A stretch of DNA of 62,747 nucleotides, the filler included, from Choristocarpus tenellus KU-1152 (taxonomy: Eukaryota; Protista; Phaeophyceae): assembly GCA_964200185.2 (NCBI GenBank). It is 13 parts of 13 records of this genome, joined end to end, with 100 filler letters (N's around TTAATTAATTAA, not from the genome) between each part and the next. Parts side by side here need not be neighbours in the genome. Positions count along the whole stretch, not along the records: positions 1 to 10,122 come from CAXNAD020003139.1; positions 10,223 to 14,753 come from CAXNAD020014122.1; 11 more parts are not named here. The stretch is one strand, 5' to 3'. The notes under the pieces are model-generated. The model was not told the DNA's origin. It saw nothing but the letters and a program-made list of their open reading frames with translations, and did no database searches. Shown here piece by piece: positions 1 through 12,288 of this stretch (its first letter is position 1; each line of letters opens with the position of its first letter). The position numbers and the translations under genes are program-made.

Positions 1-38
1 CGTCACAAACCACCCCCCCCCCCAAGATACTTTGACCC
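1..38. mobile_element. End of a family-B MITE at the contig start
   Basis: C-run followed by AAGATACTTTGACCC, matching the end of the full copy at 34224-34399. Confidence 0.7.
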
Positions 39-164
39 AGTAATAATTGACGATAATATCAGAATGATACACATTTACACTCTCGCGACTGAAATAGTGA
101 CTTTTCACCATTTGTATATCTCAGTCGTAGCGTTACTTCTACTTGCTTCGCACGTTTCTTCCAG

Positions 165-3100
165 GCTATGGCTGGTTCAACTGAGATTCGCGGGGGACAG
201 GCTGCAGGTCTGTCGTGTTGTAGATGGACGGAGCTCGACACACGTGGAAGTTGCAAACCGGCAACCGTCCGAGTGAGGACCCTCGCCAGAAAGAGGTTGG
301 TTACTGTCTGACTGCTTCCTATATACAAGCATATTCAAAGAATTCTATACAGTAAAAGTCTTTCTAGTAGTGAGCAAAACCACTGACTACGCAAAGATGA
401 TTGTTTAAATTCTTCAAGTAACTCTCACCTCCTGATACATGACTGAGCTTAGTGATCTGTTCCCTCTTGGTAGATTTCTTGAACGTTGGATCAGTCACAC
501 AGGAGAACATTAGTATATACGAAGCGACATGATGGAAGTACACCTTGGAGAATCTTGGCTTTTTGTGTGATCCCATTTGACACGCAGAGCCACATCGCAC
601 TAGCACATAAGCACTTGTTTTCTATTGGAATCTTGCTTCTTACTATTATTCATATGGTTCGAGACTTCTGACAAGCGTGATGATCGGCAATTCTGGAGTT
701 GCGTTGATCAGGTTGGTATGTTTTTGTTGTGGTATGTGAGTAGGCAAGAGATGCATGGAGCAATGTATGGTCTGCCGTAGCACAAATACTTCTTCCCTGC
801 AATACTTTTTTATCTCCTTCTCAGACACCCTGTTGCAGCAGATCTACTTGCCGAGTTCAATAAGAAACGCACATCGACGGGGGTCTCCCCCTGCAATATG
901 GCAACATTCATTGGTCACACACGATTTGCTACAGGAAGCATCAATATTGAACCTGAGCTACACCCACATGAGTGGGTGCCCTTTCATGAAGAACAGGTTT
1001 GGGGATTGCATGAGGGAAATTTTGAGACAGTAACCTCAACTGTGGGCATCCACATCACACACAATGGAGGTGAGGGTTAGATTGACTCCACCATGGAAAT
1101 GTGCAGTAGTGGAGTCAACTTCGCACATGTTCAAGCTTACATGTTTCTTGTCGGCTCGTTTTGTTTTATGGAAGATTCATACGACCAGGGTGAAGCAAGT
1201 AGTGGTTTTGATATGGGATGTGTGCGTATAGGAGAACTCTAGAGTCAATATGTAGTTGGATTGGCATATTAGTCAGCACATATTAAATAGAGATTATGGG
1301 GACCAGGAAATACTACATGCTATAAACTGGTTTGGAGTGCTTGGATGTATATTTGCACAGGGACTCACAGTTAACTTCTCTATTTTATAACTGTGCTTTT
1401 CGTTGATGTAGAGTATATCATCACATGGCTCATGGTAGCACTAAGCAAGGAACAACAAGCTGCGTTTACTTACATGGCTTGTTACAATTAGCCACTCAGC
1501 ATGATGTACTCCAGAGTAATTCCAAATCGTAGTACATCACCCCAAAATATCCTTTTGGTGCTGCGATATGGTTTGCGCAGTGATGGGAGAGATGACTTGC
1601 AAGAACAATGATAGGAATGCCCTTAGAGTACAACATCCTCTCTGATGCTGCTGTCTGGTTAGTGTTTGCTCCTTTATCGTCCTTGTCGTTACAGAGTTGA
1701 TGCTCATGCGTCATGTCGTCATCAAATATTTCGCCCATCCTTAATGTACTATTATATAAACCTTCTGAAGGCGTTTATAGTGATATTGTGGGATCACGAC
1801 GGTTCTAGACCTTACACCATATTGCTATCAACAGTGTTGGTGGTTCAGTTTGTGGTGAGTTTTGTCCGACTAGGTGTGTGACGCTTTGATCGTTTTCTTG
1901 ACATGAATAGATTACTAGTTGTGTTTGGTCTCGACTCCCACTGGGTTCAAGTGAACAAAACAAATCTTGAGAACGAAGGACAAAATCAAATCGCACATAT
2001 AATACAGAGTAAACATTTTGGCACATGATTAACTGTTGTGAACAGCATTTCACTCTATAGATTGTTTAGAATGCGTACTGAGAACCAAACATTGGGTAAC
2101 CCTGCCGCAAGAGCTGTAGAAGAATGCGCTTTTGAGGTATGGGTTGACTCTTTAGAAGCAAGTCGGTGTGAGTTCACTAGCTTAACCTCAGAAGCAAGCA
2201 ATATGCAATCACTTGCACCATCAGCTGGCCATGTTGTTGATACTGTTGATTTTGAGGTCATCACAGGAGCTGCAAAATCTATGTTTGATGTGTTGCACAA
2301 TTTGATTTTAAGTGTTCCTAAATGGAAACCCCTACAAGCCTTTAGATTGAGCATTGCTGTGAGGTGGATGGTGTAACCGCACCATATTCAAGGTCATAGA
2401 AAGATCTATTTTGCCATCCTTGCAATCTGTGCATTATCTCTGGACAGCTTCTTCCACATTCAGTTCATCACCTACCTTTTAATCCGAATATCTGCAACTG
2501 GTTTCCAATTGGGTGGGTTGAGGGTTTCTTTCTTGGTCGAATTCTGTGGCAAGTAGAATTAATACCCCTGCAGATACTAACGTTTTGTTGGGATATCCTA
2601 TTCTCCATCTTTCATCCTCGTGAAGACTCCATGTTAGAGCCCAGTCGGGACGGTGGCACCTTGAGTAGTGGAATAAAACACACCTATCTCTGCTATGTGA
2701 TACAAGCCTTAACATATCTCTTTCTCCAAACACCAGACTTTGAGGGCATTGAGTGCTTCAGCACACAGGTCACCAATGAAGAGGTGAGTCTTCTAGTCCT
2801 TCAGCCTCAATGATACTTTCATATTTAATTTTTGTCCAAGTTCTTATGATACAAGACAGCTTCCTCCATTCATGCATGATTGCACTGGGATGGATAATGT
2901 TGTAGTGTCCTTTTTGGAGCAACATGGTTTCTAGGATTAAAGCCAATGTGGTAATCCATCGAGTGTAGCAATCCATTGAGTGTAAGACAGAGTAATCCAG
3001 TGATGAACGTGGATTGTTTCAGAGCATGCACTGTCCTGGGATATTGTTCCCTACATTCCAATGATATAACCCGAAGGGAATTGATTGTGTGAGGTGTAGT

Positions 3101-6100
3101 ATATTTGGGTGTGAAGTTTTCCAGTGTATGGATGTCAAAACTCTCCGTATTGGGCCATTGCCAATTTGCACACAATACTTCTTGGTTCTTATGCCCCACA
3201 AGAGACCAGTTTTCTCATTTCCACAGTAACAACAAATAGGTTGATACTGTGGAGCCGTTTTCTTATATCTTACAAGTGTTGTGTTGAAAATCATAATCAA
3301 ACTAGTTAGGTTATTCATTCCTCTGTAAGGATGCAAGGTTCAGTACAATCAAGGGAGGTTTGTTGCTTTAAGTTTGTTTTTGCTGCAGTTCATTTCATTG
3401 CCACTTTGCCTTCTCACCTCTGCTTGTTGCCCTGACATGAGAGTTGTGTGGGCAACATTTTCTGGATCCCTCCCTGCCCTTGTTTTATACTGTTGGGCTT
3501 CTCAAGTTCGGCATTTGGCTTGGCAAGGTCTTGCATGTGGACAACATAGCCAAGGGTGATAGCCCAAAGATAGCAGGTTTCTTGGACTTGCTACGGACAA
3601 AAGGGAGGTGGGTATATGTGCTTTGTCTGTACCTGGTGGTCCGTGCTTGAAGGGCAGCACGGTAGTTGAATCTTAGCTTTTGCTCAAAGGAGTGAACGCT
3701 CTGAAGCGTTGAAAGCACTTGAAGGTTTAGTTGCTGTTGGAGTCATACCCAGGGCAGAGATTGTGCTGGTGCTCATGACATACATGGCATGCACTTCTAT
3801 TCCAAACATGCAAAGTTATGTGCCAATACGTTCCTTTCTTCCCTTGCTATGCCAATACGTTCCTTTCAGATGGGCTGCAAGTGCTCGCTTGGCCTTCCAG
3901 CGAGCAGTTGCAACTTCAAGGGAGGATGCTAGTGACTCCAAACCTCTCAGTGTTGGATCAAACACATCTCCTGCGCCAAAATGGTGTGAGAAAGTTGGGA
4001 CTTTCCTTGAAGATCGATTCCGGGAGCATGTTAGGAATATCATTTGCGTGGATCCTTCAGGTATGAAGAAGCTTTTGATGTGTTATGAGCCCCTTTTCGT
4101 AGTGACTACTTACAATATAGTCCACTAGGGTATACCAATATATCTCCAGTGCTTCACGTGCTAACTTTGGAACCTGGTTTGCAGCATTTACGCTTTCTTA
4201 TTCCATGTTGTGTTTGATTTCATATCCTTTCATTTGTAGCCCGTGGACAGGACTTTGTGTCTGCATGCATACACAGCTCCAGTAATATTCCTGATTAGAA
4301 GTACTTGTATCTACTGGACATAACTCCTCCAAGTGTTTGGAAGGCATGATTCGAGGGCATAAACTCTTGAATAGCTTTAAGGATTTTCATACAGAAGGAA
4401 AGGCCTTAAAGCATCTTTTTAATAATTATATTCAAGGTATGACACTAAGCATCCACCACCTGTGTAGGAAATTAAGTGGTGGGGTGAGTATCTTTTAGTC
4501 CTGATCTGACAAAAATTGTGATTCACATTGTTGCTGACTAGTGGTGGCTCGATCAAATTGATGATATTTGGCTTATTCATCAGGTTTTTCACGACAGGTC
4601 TGGCTTGAGGGTTGAGGGCATGTGAACAGAAAAATCCTTAAAACAAATTGGATCATTCTATCTCAGGGTCTTATGGAGGGCTTTGGTCTTGTCTGCAGTA
4701 CGGTATGACAATGAGAAAACTGTTGATGGTATATGTGGAATTGCTGGTACTGCCCTTTACCGCTCTGTACCGATTTTAAGTCTGTGGTGAAAGGGAATTT
4801 TCGTGATTAATCTTTGGATCGCTGAGTCATAAGCTTCCTGTTGAAGTACTTTTATCTTTGGGTAATGCTTTTTTCTGTGTTATTGGGTTGAAAAGGCTCG
4901 AAATTTGGACCATAACGTCTTTGGGGTGGGTGGCGCAAGGCTAAACAACAAGAGCATGTGCAGCAGATGATTTGCTGTTGATATATCTATGTGAACCAGC
5001 TCATGTTCTCCCCTCTAGGGCCTGCTCCGCCAACTAGTGTATGATGCACTTTGAAGTACTATTATCCGCATGCTGTAATGATCTCTGGTAGTAATTTAAA
5101 TGGGCTGGATGAAAATTGTTGTGTCAACCAGCAGTGTCTAAATTTGCAACTTTTCATTTTCACATAAGTGGAAGTCTCCACATTCAATTTGATTTCTACT
5201 GCTTCTCTGTACAAGCAAGCCTCACTTCTTCCTCAAGCAGGATCTTAATTATCAACATCAAACAACCTGTTATAATTAAAAAACCCGGAGGGACTACTAC
5301 CTCGAGCTATTCTTGACCTGTTGTCTGACAAACATGCATGAACTACGGCCATATGCGGTTACTAGTATGTAACAAAACATGAGGTCCTCAAACAGTGGAG
5401 TTAGTAATTCAAGGTAGATCCTTGAACAGGTAGGCTAGAGAGGGGATGCTGAAGTGAGCGTACCCGAATGTATCAAGGCTAATATGTACGGGTCTTCTTT
5501 GCCTGACCTCACAGCAAACGTTTGCTCGAAATTGCTTACTTCCTCACTCATATTCAAAGCGAACAGGTCACCTTTGGGAAGTAACTAAATACAAAGTCCT
5601 TGGTGTAATGGCAGAGGCGCTACTTGTCACAATAGTTGCATGAATCCCCCACTTGAAGTACCTGAAGTGGACACCAGGTTGAATTCAATCTGAATGTGTA
5701 CCTTTGCCAAGGACTGGCAAGGCAAGAGTACGGTATGTCTATCACCTACAACAGTATTTCTTGAAACCTGAACAAAAGTGATACAAACGATGTAATTTAC
5801 AACTAGTTTTCGAGGATTTCGATTGTCAAAGTGATTTCAGACCAGCTTGCTGTATAGAGCTGATACTGCACGTATCAATGAGATTGAACCACCTCGAATT
5901 TCAACTCTACTTGAGACTTTCTGTGTTTTGTTTTTTGCTTAGATTCGAAGTAAACGAGAAATAGAGCCAAATTATCTTAGAGGATAGAGCCACGTCCATT
6001 TGGGGGCCCAAATCCAATGTTGAGATTTTGATGCAATTTTGGCATTGTGATGGTTAGGAAGTGTCAACATCGATGTTCTGTGCACACCTTTTCATAACGT

Positions 6101-9100
6101 ATACACCTTTACCTACTCCAAAACATTTTGGGGTAGGAAAATGTCATAAAAAACTCCATGGAAAGCCAACCCCCAAATGGACAAACAGGGCAAAACTCGT
6201 ACCCTCTAAGGTACTTTCACTCTCATACCCGGGTTTGAGCTGTTTTTCGATTTAAGCCTCTCTTTTCCTATTTTGTGATTCACCCTTATCTTTGTGTAAC
6301 TCATCCTTACCTCTGCGGATGAAGTGCTAAGATTCACTTCACAGTGTTGATTGCTCTGTTGTTTGATTTTTTTTTTGATGAATTCAGGAATCCCTATACG
6401 GGCGTTTGTACCTTCAAGTTTTTGGGAGTTTGCCGTCCTCTAAGTGCAACGTTGAGTACCTCAAATTTACTCTCTTCTAGTTGTCATCTTACGCGAACCA
6501 AGTGCTTGGCTGAGACTCACCAATCTTGATCTTGTGTGCATGATCTAGGTCATAGTGTCCTAGAGGAGGTGTTTGGCATCCATTCGAAACTGTGTGAACC
6601 TTCAGTGATTTTCTTGCCATCAGAGTGAACACGTCTGAACTAAGGGCAATTTTCTTCATCCGAGTGCATAGTCCTTTCCCACCCATCTGCCTGAACCAAA
6701 TCCAAAGTAAAATACCTGCAAAACGGGCATCAAACTGGGGTGTATCTAACAAAGCTCTGCCAAGCCCTGAATGTAAATCTGGGATACCACTCTCCCCTCA
6801 AAATTACTATGGGTCCCTACATATAGTTACGGTTTTGTTCTTTGCCATAGTATCGTCTTTGACTGAGTCAAAGCAAACGAGAGGTACCTAAAGTTGCATT
6901 GTAAGGATGCTCAAAAATAAATGTGCCAAATTTGTCTGTTCTTGCAAATGTGCATAGGAAATTTTTTGAATTGTGGTGAAATTTCGCAAACAATGGAAAA
7001 ATCAACGTTCTCAAGTCAAACTTGTCAGCCATCCATGGAAATATAGACGAATCGCAAAATATTATATAAAACTGACTTGAAATGTAAAATGCACAAAAGC
7101 TGGGTACCTCTGGTTTACTCTGATCCACTGTCAATTGGAAAAAAAGTGGCTTCCATGTTTTTGAAGTAATTTCGCCCTTAGCTAGTTTTTTCTAGCTCTT
7201 CTGACCTGTGGGATTTGACCTCTCCTTAGTGTGCCAAGTCGAGAGAATAGCTACATTGTTGTTTTGTGGCGCAAATGGCAACAACTGAGCACCTTTCGCT
7301 TTTTTGGTTGGAGTGTGCAGGAGTACAAAGTACGAAGGCTATGAATAAACAGTAATCTGGTTTTTCCCTAGCAGTTTGATACATCAAGTCGACTTTTGTG
7401 CTTGTGGTTTCAGCTGTTTAATGGTTTACGGCAAGCAAACTATGCCCATTGTTTGGCCTGTTGCCTATTGTTCTGGGAAGGTGTAACAGGATGAGGTAAA
7501 TCCCTGACCTTGAGAGGTGAACTGTAAATGGTGTAAATGGTGTCTTGTATATTTGAAACCGCAACAGCTGATTCTGTTTTGTTTGGGGTCACAGCTTGCT
7601 CCCTTTGTGTGGTACAGTATTTTGTTTGGAAGGTACCATGGTAGACAATGTTGCTCCATGTTCATGTACGAGGTACACAGCATATCCTTATTTATGTGAA
7701 ACTTCATTGTATCTAAGAAACAAATGGTATGATCTCCATGAGCAGCAAGCCCGATAGCAAGGGGTTAGGTCTCTGAACAACCATTCGTTCCACCCTGGAG
7801 GATTGAGTAAAAATGCTGTGGACGGAATAGTCTCAGTGTCAACAAGTCAATGGAAGAGTTTGAATATTCAAGACGTAGATTGCAACCATGAGGACCTTCG
7901 TTCTTGATCAATTTCTGAAACTCTGGTAAACTCATTTTTCAGAGTAGATTGAGCATGACTTGCTCCACGGGAGTATGTAAACAGCAATATCGTGATTTCA
8001 ATTCAACTGACCGTAGGTTTGGATTGTTGCAATAGCAGTGTAAAATGGAGATGTGCTTTTAGTGGAAGATTCATTTTTGTGTTTTGCACTTGCACTCTTG
8101 ACAATCAACTCTGCTCAACCTTGTGAGTGGGATCTTAAAAATATTCAGAAGGTTACTCTCCCCACTTGTTCAGTCTGTAGATAACGTGAGTTACTTTCAA
8201 ATTTAACAGAATGAACAAAAATATCAAAGTAGATTTTTGATGGCAGTGAGTCATCTTTGCTCTTGTGCTTGAGTTCTCTTTTGGTTTGTGGTGAAGACAG
8301 TTTCAAATATCAATAGATTTGCTACACAAGCAAGCAAAACCATGTGAAGCTCCAGTGATATACTACTCTATCAGTCTCTCATGTTACTCGCTCACTCTGT
8401 GTCATGTTTCCATCTTAATAATACCTCACTTGTACAGTGGACCTGACCAGCCATGCTACCATTCAAGAGTAAATGGCAATATTATCTTCATGGACCTCTC
8501 CTAATTTATCTGGCAATCTCTGTTGGGTCTTGCTATCCACTCTTAAATCCTGTTTATGTTGTGTTTTCCGTCCCCTCAGGAAAAACTTACACCATTGACC
8601 AAAAGGGATCTATTGCATATGTTGAAGTGGTTACTAGTATCTTCATGGAAGATGAGGCGCTTTGCGTCAGCCTCAACATGAGTTCATGGACACGGGATGT
8701 ATGCAGATCTTTTGTACACCATGCTCTCAGGTTGGAAATTGTGTGAATGATTTTTCGTAACAACCACTGCATCATTCAAGGACCACTCACTACTGAGAAG
8801 ACTTTGAATTTTTTTTATACGTTCACCCTGAGGTAACGAATGGTCACTTCAACATCAACTCCTTCTCAATCCTGATATGGGCCAACGAACGTTTGTTCTA
8901 GCCTATGCCCGCCCTGCTTTATCAACAGTGCTGTTTTGTTTTGTCCACTTCATTCCTTTCTATCCGCTCTGCGCCTATCCCCATCGTCAATGTGATGTAT
9001 TCATTCTAAGGACTCTTGCACTAGTACTCTAATGTCAGATACACTCAAACACGACTATGATTACCCACCAACTATTCTGTTTGACTTGACAATTCTTCTT

Positions 9101-9229
9101 TTCACCATGCAACTAGGACTTTTTGAACACGTGTAACTATTTGTGAAATATGGGACTATTTTTTTTAACCTATTTATGGCTGCACTTAACAGGTCGTTCC
9201 TTCGTGGAGATTTATACACTGCCTTAACG
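165..9229 (+). CDS. Multi-exon gene, partial at both ends: class II glutamine amidotransferase (Ntn-hydrolase, GlmS N-terminal-like) domain protein. Exons 165-295, 825-1069, 2737-2783, 3507-3607, 3870-4060, 8580-8730, 9193-9229
   Basis: All seven exons are AG/GT bounded, phase-compatible and stop-free. The spliced product reads AMAGSTEIRGGQAAG...VRVRTLARKR|HPVAADL...IGHTRFATGSINIEPELHPHEW...HITHNG|DFEG...|FGIWLGKVLHVDNIAKGDSPKIAGFLDLLRTKGR|WAASARLAFQ...|RSFLRGDLYTALT. GHTRxAT, HP and HNG are class II GATase motifs. Confidence 0.85.
2850..3330 (-). pseudogene. Possible decayed Gypsy-like integrase C-terminal fragment, intronic
   Basis: Broken frames containing NFTPKYTTPHTI and STFITGLL resemble the KLxPxxxGPxxI and HPxFHVSLL region of Gypsy integrases. 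The match is weak. Confidence 0.3.
5942..6475. mobile_element. Family-C (old, diverged) MITE split by the family-A insertion; ends approximate
   Basis: With 5964-6222 removed it aligns by eye with 9263-9512, and it ends GAGTACCTCAAATTTACT. Confidence 0.6.
5964..6222 (+). mobile_element. Family-A MITE (~258 bp) nested in the TIR of a family-C MITE
   Basis: Termini GAGCCAAATTATCTTAGAGG...CCTCTAAGGTACTTTCACTC. The equivalent uninterrupted site GTAAACGAGAAATACCTGGGTTT is at 9271-9293. Confidence 0.9.
6865..7126. mobile_element. Family-C MITE (~260 bp)
   Basis: TIRs GAGTCAAAGCAAACGAGAGGTACC...GGTACCTCTGGTTTACTCTGATCC. Confidence 0.7.
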
Positions 9230-9262
9230 GTGAGTATTGGGTGAAAGATTTGGTTGAGATAT

Positions 9263-9512
9263 GAGTCAGAGTAAACGAGAAATACCTGGGTTTCGGCTGT
9301 TCTGCATGTTAAGCCACTTCATTCATCTTTTGCAATTCACCTTCATTTCTATGAGTGAAGTGCTTGGATTGATCTGAGAGTGATGGGTTCCCTCTTGCTT
9401 GAAGTATTGACGGAATTCAGAAGAACCCAACGCATTTGAAAAGCAGAATTTTGGACAAATTTGTCAGCATCCTTTAAACTAAACCCTGGGTACCTCTCGT
9501 TTACTTTGGTTC
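9263..9512. mobile_element. Family-C MITE (~250 bp)
   Basis: TIRs GAGTCAGAGTAAACGAGAAATACC...GGTACCTCTCGTTTACTTTGGTTC. The interior matches the reverse complement of 19785-20041. Confidence 0.7.
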
Positions 9513-10092
9513 TTGATATTAGCGTACTTGGACGGTGCAGTACACTAAGCAAGGTGTTACACCCAAATAAATGACAGAAACAGATATAACTTGATAAGAA
9601 CAGTGAAGTAGAGGGAGTAGAGTGTTCGCGCACTAATTTTAAGTTTATCATTTAGTACTCGTTTTTTTGATAAATCGGCACAAAATATATCGTAAGCCTG
9701 TTGTTCCTGAGATGACTTTGTGCGGTCTTCCTCCTTATAGTTGTTTCAAGTGATCTGTAAAAATGTAAAAAATGCAATGCTGATCGGTGAAAAAATACAA
9801 TAGCACCCCGGCCGTCCAATCACTACCATCAATCGCCACGAAAAATCTGATGTACAAATTTCTGCTGACGTCAAATTGCTAACACCTAAACTACTTATCT
9901 ACAAATGGTTTATGTTATGAAGTCAGATTTAACTTACACGCTTGAACCTTTCGAGTGACAAGCTGGTGTGCGCCCTGCCAATTTATCTAGGTTCAATCAC
10001 AAATTGAATTACTGAGTCGGCTGCGCAAATACCCTAGTATATGGATGTAACATAGACATCAGATCGAGAAGTATTAATGGACAACAGCATGT

Positions 10093-10122
10093 GACCCAAA
10101 GTATCTGGGGGGGGGGGGGGAG
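10093..10122. mobile_element. Start of a family-B MITE at the contig end
   Basis: GACCCAAAGTATCT followed by a G-run that runs into the gap. Confidence 0.7.
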
Positions 10123-10222
10123 NNNNNNNNNNNNNNNNNNNNNNNNNNNNNNNNNNNNNNNNNNNNTTAATTAATTAANNNNNNNNNNNNNNNNNNNNNN
10201 NNNNNNNNNNNNNNNNNNNNNN
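10123..10222. other. Artificial contig linker. Identical linkers at 14754, 18584, 21520, 26206, 30332, 33785, 40905, 44267, 48614, 53197, 58325
   Basis: 44 N + TTAATTAATTAA (stops in all six frames) + 44 N, exactly 100 nt each time. Confidence 0.98.
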
Positions 10223-10577
10223 CATCAACAGCAACAGAGAAGGATGTTTTGAATGTGCCTTCTCCACCCAGGTCACTGATAGCCTTTCCCCTGCTTGCTC
10301 GGTTTGTCAACCGTCTCCTAGCCTCCTTCAACCAGCTGAGAGAGGTGGGTTACCTCTGCTACTCCCCTGCCCCCCTGCCATGATGCCTCTGAGCAATGTG
10401 TGTTTGTGTGCATCCATAAATAGTCTATCCTGAACGAGGTTATTTTTCATTCAATCTAGAACTGTGTCCTTGTTAACCTGATCATTCACATTGTATGTGT
10501 GTGTGTATTGGTTGGAGCAGTGTCTCCCTTTGTCACTGGAGCCACGTCTGACAGAGATGTTGTATTGCTGCTTTGAG

Positions 10578-12288
10578 GGCACCTTCCAAGCACTATCAAA
10601 CCTTAAGAGTGATACTGTCAGGAGGGCCAGCACTGGAGGCAGAGGCAGTGACAATGGTGATAAGCACACTAAGGTGAGCACACTGAAGTAGTTGATGGAG
10701 GGATGGAGGGAGATCTCTCGATACTGGTGTCCTTTTTAGCTCTGGGTTAATGTGCAGAGGTGATGGGAATAGGAGGGGCAGTAGGGAGGCAGACGTGCTA
10801 GCTAGGTAGGTGCATACTGCACTCCACAGTCCAAAATGCACATGGGTTGCTGGAGCTAATATTGACACCATTTAGCATCTACCTGGCTAAGGTTAAGTCT
10901 TAAACGAGAACAAGAAAGTATTGAACATAGATTTTAGAACAAGAAGCTGGCAAAATCGAAAGGGTTATATATGAAGTTTGCCTTATTATTGGTCAGTCCT
11001 TGGTGTTGCTGCAGAACTACCCTGAGCATATCTGTTAGGATTTTTGGTGAAAACAGTCTTCCGATCTGGTGGAATTGTGTTGTATAACCTACAATTGCTG
11101 AAAAATAAATCCCATTATGACTATATCTAAAACCATGGTTGTGACCAAAACACATGGAACTGGTGTGGGGAGGGAGAAGGGTTAAAGAGTAAATGGTAAA
11201 GGGTCTCAATTTAACTGAAAGGCTAGCTAGTAGCTTGAAAACACTGCAGAGCATGAAAATGAACAGTAGGTAGACCAATAAGTGTATAAAAACTGTCATG
11301 AAAAGAGAAGCTGCGCGCAACATCATTGCAGTAAGTACAAAACAGGTAGATGCCATCTTCCACCCGTACCAAATTGATTACCCGGCCCCAACCCAACTCC
11401 ATATCCTTATCCATACCCTAAGAGTTTTCCTATTAGGAAAGTACAACACCTGTGTTTCTTCTAAGTTCCTGTACAACCCTTACCATTTGCTGTTCCCAGC
11501 AGGCACCAGGGGTAGTGGGTGCAGGGAGTGGAATAACACTGATGGCACTAGGGCTTGCTTGTGATGCCATGGCAGGAGAGGTTGTACCACATGTGGCACT
11601 CTGTTTTGTAGCCTTGTTTGGTGGGGGAACTGCTGCTGGCGCACATGAAACCTTGTGCAACCGATTGTTGTGTGCAATGGAGGTATGCTCGGGGGGACTG
11701 AGAAGGGATGATTGCAAAAAGTGATCCTTGCTGCAGTTTCTATGCAAGAGCCACGTGCTTTCTTGATGGCACTGTACTGCTTCTCTTCCATCAAGTATGT
11801 TTCAATCTCCTGAAAAGGCATTTGCATGCTGCTTATGTCCTACTGACCAATCCATATTCAGCAGTGCACAGTCACACTCCTCTATCCCTCCTGTGCCCTT
11901 CCCCCCTCACTTACTGATACAATGCAGGAGCTTCGAATCCACGAGCGGTTAACCCCACCCTCAGTCTCAGACATCCATTCAGGAACCCCTCTGACCAACT
12001 TACATCAAAGTAGTGATAAGACCAGTCCCAGCAGTGGTCAGGCCTCGCTGTCACACGGTGGAGAGAAAAATGATGCTGCAATGTCGGTTGCTGCAATTGT
12101 CCCACCGACGCCATCAACACTTGAGATGGGCGTTGTAGAGGAGGCTGAGTTACCGAAAAGCACAGGTTCTGTACAAATTGGGGAGGAAGATGAGGATGGT
12201 GGGGAAAGGGACAATCGGGGTAGCATCTTGGGGGATGGAGAGGAGGCAAGCAGTTTGGTGGAAAATGGGGGGAGGGGAGGGGGGCCAG
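10578..12288 (+). CDS. Probable exons of an unknown disordered protein (10578-10673, 11928-12288)
   Basis: AG/GT-bounded, phase-0-compatible open segments rich in S/G/E. No domain recognised. Confidence 0.4.

Noticed and set aside
3820-3868. Short local duplications (also near 24925-24953 and 52765-52860)
   Set aside because: Ordinary slippage-type duplications with no further structure.
4660-4708. LMEGFGLVCST as another exon of the GATase gene
   Set aside because: It is flanked by in-frame stops, and the phase-correct path goes from 4060 to 8580.
1-10122. Contig 1 as one 10-kb transposon with inverted ends
   Set aside because: The end motifs belong to two separate family-B MITEs extending outward into the gaps, and the interior is part of a host gene.
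10123-10222. TTAATTAATTAA palindrome recurring 12 times
   Set aside because: Always centred in a 100-nt N spacer, so it is an assembly linker. ORFs crossing it and gene neighbourhoods across it are not real.
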